The position numbers and the translations under genes are program-made. A model generated the notes under the pieces. That model did not search any database. It saw only the letters and a list, made by a program, of their open reading frames with translations, and had not been told where the DNA came from. A stretch of 64,000 nucleotides of DNA from an uncultured Fibrobacteraceae bacterium (GTDB lineage Bacteria; Krumholzibacteriota; Krumholzibacteriia; LZORAL124-64-63), in assembly GCA_964461255.1 (NCBI GenBank), contig CAYWTR010000012.1, positions 3,694-67,693 on the forward strand, read 5' to 3'. Of the stretch, positions 59,835 through 64,000 are shown piece after piece (within the stretch, counting starts at the first letter, position 1; every line of letters begins with the position of its first letter).

Positions 59835-60245
59835 TCAGAGCCGGATCAGCCTGGCAGCCTGCGACTGCCGCGTCAGAATCTCCACCATGTTGGACGCTCG
59901 TCCGATCGCCAGCCGGTCGACCAGGCCGAAATAATCGAGGCAGGTGCCGCAGCAGAGGACCTCGACGCCGAGATCCGCCAGCGCCCGCAGGTCGTCAAGG
60001 GCGGCCGAGCCCGAGCAGCAGAGCTTGACGCCCGCGTTCATGAACAGCAAGCAGGCCGGCGGCTGCGGCAGTTTGGCCAGGCTCCTCAGGGCCGACAACA
60101 TGAGCGCCGCGCCCAGATCGTCGTCGCCGCGCCCTAGCCGGTCGGACGCGATGAAGATGACGGGGGGCGCGGTCGGCGTTTCCGGCTGCACGGCGCGGGC
60201 CGCCGCCTGGGCGGCCGAGCGGTCGGGTGGCGAAGCCTCGTTCAC
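59835..60245 (-). CDS. DsrE/DsrF-like sulfur-relay family protein (resembles C-terminal domain of YedF selenium-metabolism protein)
   Basis: 136 aa from GTG 60245 (GAAGGAG SD). CLLFMNAGVKL...LADLGVEVLCCGTCLDYFGL...ASNMVEIL pattern typical of DsrE-fold proteins. Confidence 0.55.
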   Translation of the reverse strand: MNEASPPDRSAAQAAARAVQPETPTAPPVIFIASDRLGRGDDDLGAALMLSALRSLAKLPQPPACLLFMNAGVKLCCSGSAALDDLRALADLGVEVLCCGTCLDYFGLVDRLAIGRASNMVEILTRQSQAARLIRL

Positions 60246-60394
60246 GTCGCTCCTTCGGGATCGCGCGCCAGCGAGAAGATCACTGGCCGCCGCGCCCGAA
60301 CAATCAGCAGCGAGGCGCGGGGCGTCAAGCGGGTTGTGGTGCGGCGGCCACGGCTGGGCCGCCGGCGGCGCGCCTGCCGGCGGCGCGGGCCGCC

Positions 60395-61084
60395 TCAGAC
60401 GCCGATGGTGTCGAAGTAGCGCCGCAGCTCGTCCTTCATCGCCGCCATCGAGTCGGCGACGAACAGGATCGAATTGAATTCCCAGACCGACTTCTCGTGC
60501 TTGATGATGTTGTCGACCGTGAAGGGCTCCAGCGGCGTGCCGCCGGACATCACCTTGTCGGTCTCGGCGGCGGAGGAGATCAGGCCGGCCCCGAACAGCT
60601 TCAGCCGGCCGTCCTCGCGCAGCAAGCCGAACTCGGTGCTGTACCAGGCCAGCCGCTTGACGTTCTCGCGCTGCTGCTCGTCGCCGCGCAGGAAGGCGGG
60701 CGCGAACAGTTCCTCCAGCTCGGCGTACGCGGGCAGGGTCATGAACGGCAGGTGCCCGAAGATGTCGTGGAACATGTCCGGTTCGGGGGTGAAATCGAGC
60801 TCGGGCCAGTCGCGCATGTAGTCGGTGATCAGGAACTGCTTGCGGGCGAACTGCTCGTACCACGCCTCGGCGGTCGAGTAGCGGACGTTGGTGCGGACCG
60901 TGCGCCAGCCGGTGGCCGGCGTGATGCGCGCGTTGAGCTGCTCGAGCGATGGGATCGTCTCGCGCGGGATCTGCAGCCGCTGGAATCCATCCAGATACTC
61001 CCGGCAGGCGTGCTGCTGGATGCGCGGCAGCATGCGGTCATGCAGCGTGCGCCAGATCTTGTGCTGGTCCTCGGTGAACTCCAT
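60395..61084 (-). CDS. phhA: Phenylalanine-4-hydroxylase (aromatic amino acid hydroxylase catalytic domain)
   Basis: 229 aa from ATG 61084 (GAGGAGGG SD). Iron-binding 2-His-1-carboxylate signature PDMFHDIFGHLPFM ... WYSTEFGL. Confidence 0.75.
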   Translation of the reverse strand: MEFTEDQHKIWRTLHDRMLPRIQQHACREYLDGFQRLQIPRETIPSLEQLNARITPATGWRTVRTNVRYSTAEAWYEQFARKQFLITDYMRDWPELDFTPEPDMFHDIFGHLPFMTLPAYAELEELFAPAFLRGDEQQRENVKRLAWYSTEFGLLREDGRLKLFGAGLISSAAETDKVMSGGTPLEPFTVDNIIKHEKSVWEFNSILFVADSMAAMKDELRRYFDTIGV

Positions 61085-61296
61085 GCCCGACCCTCCTCGG
61101 GGATTCGGCGCGCCGCCCCAGGGTGCACCAGTGCGCGCCCAACGGGCGGGAAAAGAGACCGGCGCCACATCCAGCATATAATAAGGAGGGGGGCCAATTC
61201 AATACACAATTAATCTTTGTTTCAATAATTGATTATCGATCAAAGAGTTATAATACTTCCGGAGTTGTCGTCTAATATTTGTACAGGCATTGACTT

Positions 61297-61476
61297 GTGC
61301 CGCGAAGATTGTTTCCAGCAGGATGCCTGCGGCAAGGAGAACTACAAAATCCATTATGGGACAATAACTTGCTTTCAGATGGAGCAGGAGCCATAGGATC
61401 ACGTGCCGCGATGGCAAGATCAAGTGCGCCAATGCGATCCGTCACCCGCCCGGTCCGGACACAATCTTCGCGGCAC
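61297..61476. repeat. ~180-bp TIR element (copy B), reverse-complement of copy A at 48812..48990
   Basis: GTGCCGCGAAGATTGTTTCCAG...CCGGACACAATCTTCGCGGCAC. Internal blocks (ATGGATT, CTTGCCGC.GGCATCCTGC, GGTGACGGA.CGC.TTGGCGCACTTG) conserved with copy A. Flanked by a strongly AT-rich stretch (61190-61296). Confidence 0.7.
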
Positions 61477-61605
61477 AACCTAACCACTGGCTGTGCGACG
61501 GCGACGTGTCCCGCGACGCCGACCCGCGCGGCCAGGGCTGCCTGCCCCTGGACGAGGTCGTCTACGACCGCGGCTTCGGCGGGTGAGACGCGCCTGGCCG
61601 CGCCG

Positions 61606-62388
61606 TCAGCGCTGACCATCCTCCCACAGGGCCGCCGGATCCTGGCAGTAGTAGCGCCGCAGCTGCGAGTAAAGCTCCGGATGGCGCCGGCGCAGGGCGT
61701 GGGGCTGTTCGAAGAAGAACTCGGTCGCCACGGCGAAGAACTCGGCGGGATTCTCGGCGCCGTATTCGTCGAGCAGTCCCGGGCGGCCCCGCCGCGTCCG
61801 CTGCAGCAGCGCCTCGTACTCGCGGCCCAGCACGCGCAGCCAGTCGGCCAGCTGCTCGCGATCGGCCAGCGGCGGCACCCCGTCCGATTCGCCGCTCTCC
61901 TCATCGAGCTGGTGGGCGAACTCGTGGTAGACCACGTTCCAGCCGTCCAGCGGATCGGCCGCGCCCTCGACGGCGTCCTGCCAGGACAGGATCACCGTGC
62001 CATGCCCCCACGATTCGCCGGGACGCTCGCCCATGTCCTCGGTGACCAGGCCGTCCTCCTCCTCGATGAGCTCGCCGGTGACGAACGCCTCGGGATACAC
62101 CAGGATCGATTGCAGGCGCGGGTAGATGTCGGTCTCGCGCCCCAGCAGCAAGACGCACGCCTGCGCGGCGATCGCCAGCCGCACCTCCTCGGTCAGCTCG
62201 AGGCCGCCGCACCCTTCGAAATTCTTCTCCGCCAGGAAGACCTGCATCAGTCCCTGCAGTTCGCGGCGCTGCTGCGGAGGCAGGCGGCGGTAGTAGGGCA
62301 CGTGGCGGGAGATGACATCGTCCCAGTGAGCGGGGACCGGCTGCGCGCGCAGCCGGGCGCGGCGGCGCTTCTTCATCAGACCGAACAT
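61606..62388 (-). CDS. MtfA-like zinc metallopeptidase (M90 family)
   Basis: 260 aa. HEXXH in VVYHEFAHQLD with the downstream ENPAEFFAVATEFFFE pattern characteristic of MtfA/M90 proteins. Confidence 0.6.
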   Translation of the reverse strand: MFGLMKKRRRARLRAQPVPAHWDDVISRHVPYYRRLPPQQRRELQGLMQVFLAEKNFEGCGGLELTEEVRLAIAAQACVLLLGRETDIYPRLQSILVYPEAFVTGELIEEEDGLVTEDMGERPGESWGHGTVILSWQDAVEGAADPLDGWNVVYHEFAHQLDEESGESDGVPPLADREQLADWLRVLGREYEALLQRTRRGRPGLLDEYGAENPAEFFAVATEFFFEQPHALRRRHPELYSQLRRYYCQDPAALWEDGQR

Positions 62389-62606
62389 GGCGTCCCCCCC
62401 GCGCTCGCCCGGGCGCGTACTGCGGAGCCGCCGCTCGCGCGGCGCTCCCGCTCGATCGACGGTGCGACGGCGCGTTGAATTCAGCCGTCAGTATCATGAT
62501 AACGCGTTCGCATCCCCGCGCCCAGGGCCGGCACGGGCATGCTATAATCATCGACCGTGCGCAATTCACGGTTGCATCGCCCCACGAGATCGACAAGGAG
62601 AACCCG

Positions 62607-64000
62607 ATGATCCTCCGCCAAGCCTGCCGCGCCCGCCGCGGTGCCGCCGCGCCCGCGCGCTCGATGACCCTCGGGCTGCTGGGCGCCGTCATGGGCACCG
62701 CCGCCGTCGTGTTCGTGGCCGCCGCCCCCGCCGCCGCCGCGCCGCGCGCGGTGTTGGGCGAGCTGTTCTCGTCCGACGGCTGACCGTACTGCCCTTCCGC
62801 GGTCGCGGGAATCAGGCAGCTCGCTCAGGAATACGACGCGACGGCTTTCGTGCCCGTCACCTGGTACACATCCGCCCCCTACGCTTTCCCCGAGGGGGTG
62901 CAGCGCTTCTCCTGGCTCGGCTTCTCCGGCACCCCCAGCGCCATGTTCGACGGCTACGACGCCGTGGTGGGGGGCATGCCGGCCGGTTCGATGTACAGCA
63001 GCTACGCGCCTATCGTCGCCGCTCACCTGGCCGCCGACAGTCCGCTGGCGATGTCGGCCCAGTACGCCTTGCTGGGGACGACCGGCATGATCAACGTCCA
63101 CATCGAGGTGACCGCGGCGGTGACCACGACCAGCAACCAGGTGCATTTCGTGATCGTGGAGGACCAGGCCCACAGCCAGGTCAACCTGGCGCGGCGAAAG
63201 CTGGCCAACGAATCGTTCCTGCTGACGCAGCCGGGCCAGAGCGTCGACATCGCCCGCGAGTTCACGCTCGAGGCGGGCTGGGATCCGGACCGGATCGGGA
63301 TCGTGGTCTTCGTGCAGAGCCACGCCGGCAACAAGGCGGTGCTGCAGGCCGCGAAGGCAGTCCCGAACTACGCCGCGACCGTGGTGATCGACGCCGAGCC
63401 CGACGGCCTGGACGCCGGCTGGCATCTGAGCGGACCGTACGGCCTGTCGCTCAGCGGCAGCGGCGACAAGACGCTGCCGGTCTTCGCCGCCGGCGAGCAC
63501 ACGCTCGCCTGGCAGCAGGTCGCGGGCTGGACGACGCCGTCCCCCGCCACCCAGACGCTCGACGCGCCGGTCGGCGGCACCATCACCTTCGCGGGGCTGT
63601 ACACCGGCGGGGCCTTCGCCGCCGTCACGGCCGGTCCGCTCGGCGCCGCCGGCGCGGGCCGCGGCGTCAGCCTGATCGACGCCGACGGAGACGGCGACCT
63701 GGACATCTACGTCGTCAACCACCTGCAGTCCAACCGGCTGCTGCGCAACGACGGCGGCGGCCTCTTCACCGACATCGCCGCCGGCGCCCTGGCCGACGCG
63801 GGCCCCGCGGGCGGCGCCGCCTGGGCCGACTACGACAACGACGGCGACATGGACCTCTACCTGGCGCGCGACGGGCAGGCCAATCTGCTGCTGCGCAACG
63901 ACGGCGGCGTCTTCAGCGACGCCACCACCACGACGATCGCCGACGCCGGACCCGGACGCGCCGTCTGCTGGGCCGACTTCAACAACGACGGGCTGGTCGA
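62607..64000 (+). CDS. Candidate secreted selenoprotein (3'-partial): signal peptide – Sec(UGA 62781) – PYC thiol/selenol redox motif – globular domain – FG-GAP repeats
   Basis: AAGGAGAA SD then ATG 62607. 58-aa signal-peptide-like N-terminus ends ...LGELFSSDG followed by in-frame TGA. The same frame stays open with protein-like sequence for 405 more codons to the window edge (PYCPSAVAGIRQLAQEY...; DADGDGDLDIYVVNHLQSNRLLRNDGG.. FG-GAP-type repeats). SECIS-like hairpin follows the TGA. Confidence 0.5.
62789..62819 (+). other. SECIS-like stem-loop (bacterial type) 6 nt downstream of UGA 62781
   Basis: CUGCC-C-UUCCGC-[GGUC]-GCG(G)GAA-UCA-GGCAG: ~15 bp of pairing with an apical GGUC loop whose G/U fall at positions 21-23 from the UGA, similar to E. 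coli fdhF geometry. Confidence 0.4.

Noticed and set aside
62481-63722. 413-aa minus-strand ORF overlapping the selenoprotein candidate
   Set aside because: Low-complexity Gly/Arg/Asp-rich translation with no start context. The plus-strand frame has coherent domain-like sequence (FG-GAP repeats) and GC3 bias.

Overview
The window is a very GC-rich (~70%), densely packed bacterial chromosomal segment. Adjacent genes frequently share 4-nt start/stop overlaps (ATGA/GTGA). The dense GC-rich sequence produces many spurious long ORFs on the opposite strands/frames of real genes, and I ignored these.

Supported genes, in order:
- A 5'-partial outer-membrane beta-barrel protein carrying a CXXCH motif and an in-frame TGA.
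- An aldehyde dehydrogenase.
- Two paralogous GT2 glycosyltransferases.
- An MsbA-like ABC exporter linked to a GT-C-like membrane protein and a secreted beta-helix protein with a T9SS-type C-terminal domain.
- A cusC-cusB-cusA heavy-metal RND efflux operon.
- A DEDDh exonuclease, a transketolase-family enzyme, a tricorn protease homolog, a nucleotide-sugar dehydrogenase, and a phospholipase D family protein.
- An isochorismatase.
- A long co-directional minus-strand cluster: OPT transporter, HEXXH peptidase, lipoprotein, quinone oxidoreductase, GT2, GT9 heptosyltransferase, OmpA, membrane protein, histidine kinase and sigma54 response regulator.
- Peptidase T, a Cys-rich repeat secreted protein, an SPFH protein with an Arc-type RHH partner, a TPR-sulfatase, and a PAS-sigma54 regulator.
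- Thioredoxin, a BNR/sortilin-like protein, PckA, an aminotransferase, a CPA antiporter, a histidine phosphatase, a DsrE/YedF-like protein, PhhA and an MtfA-like peptidase.

The most notable non-standard signals are:
1. A candidate selenoprotein at the 3' end: signal peptide, then UGA, then P-Y-C, with a SECIS-like hairpin, fused to FG-GAP repeats.
2. A ~180-bp element with ~20-bp terminal inverted repeats, present twice in opposite orientation in AT-rich intergenic islands.
3. A second in-frame TGA inside the outer-membrane protein.
4. A novel Cys-rich tandem-repeat secreted protein with its own canonical promoter and terminator.

No rRNA, tRNA or CRISPR array was recognised. The T9SS-type sorting domain, tricorn protease and GC content loosely suggest an FCB-group or Gemmatimonadetes-like organism; this is inference only.
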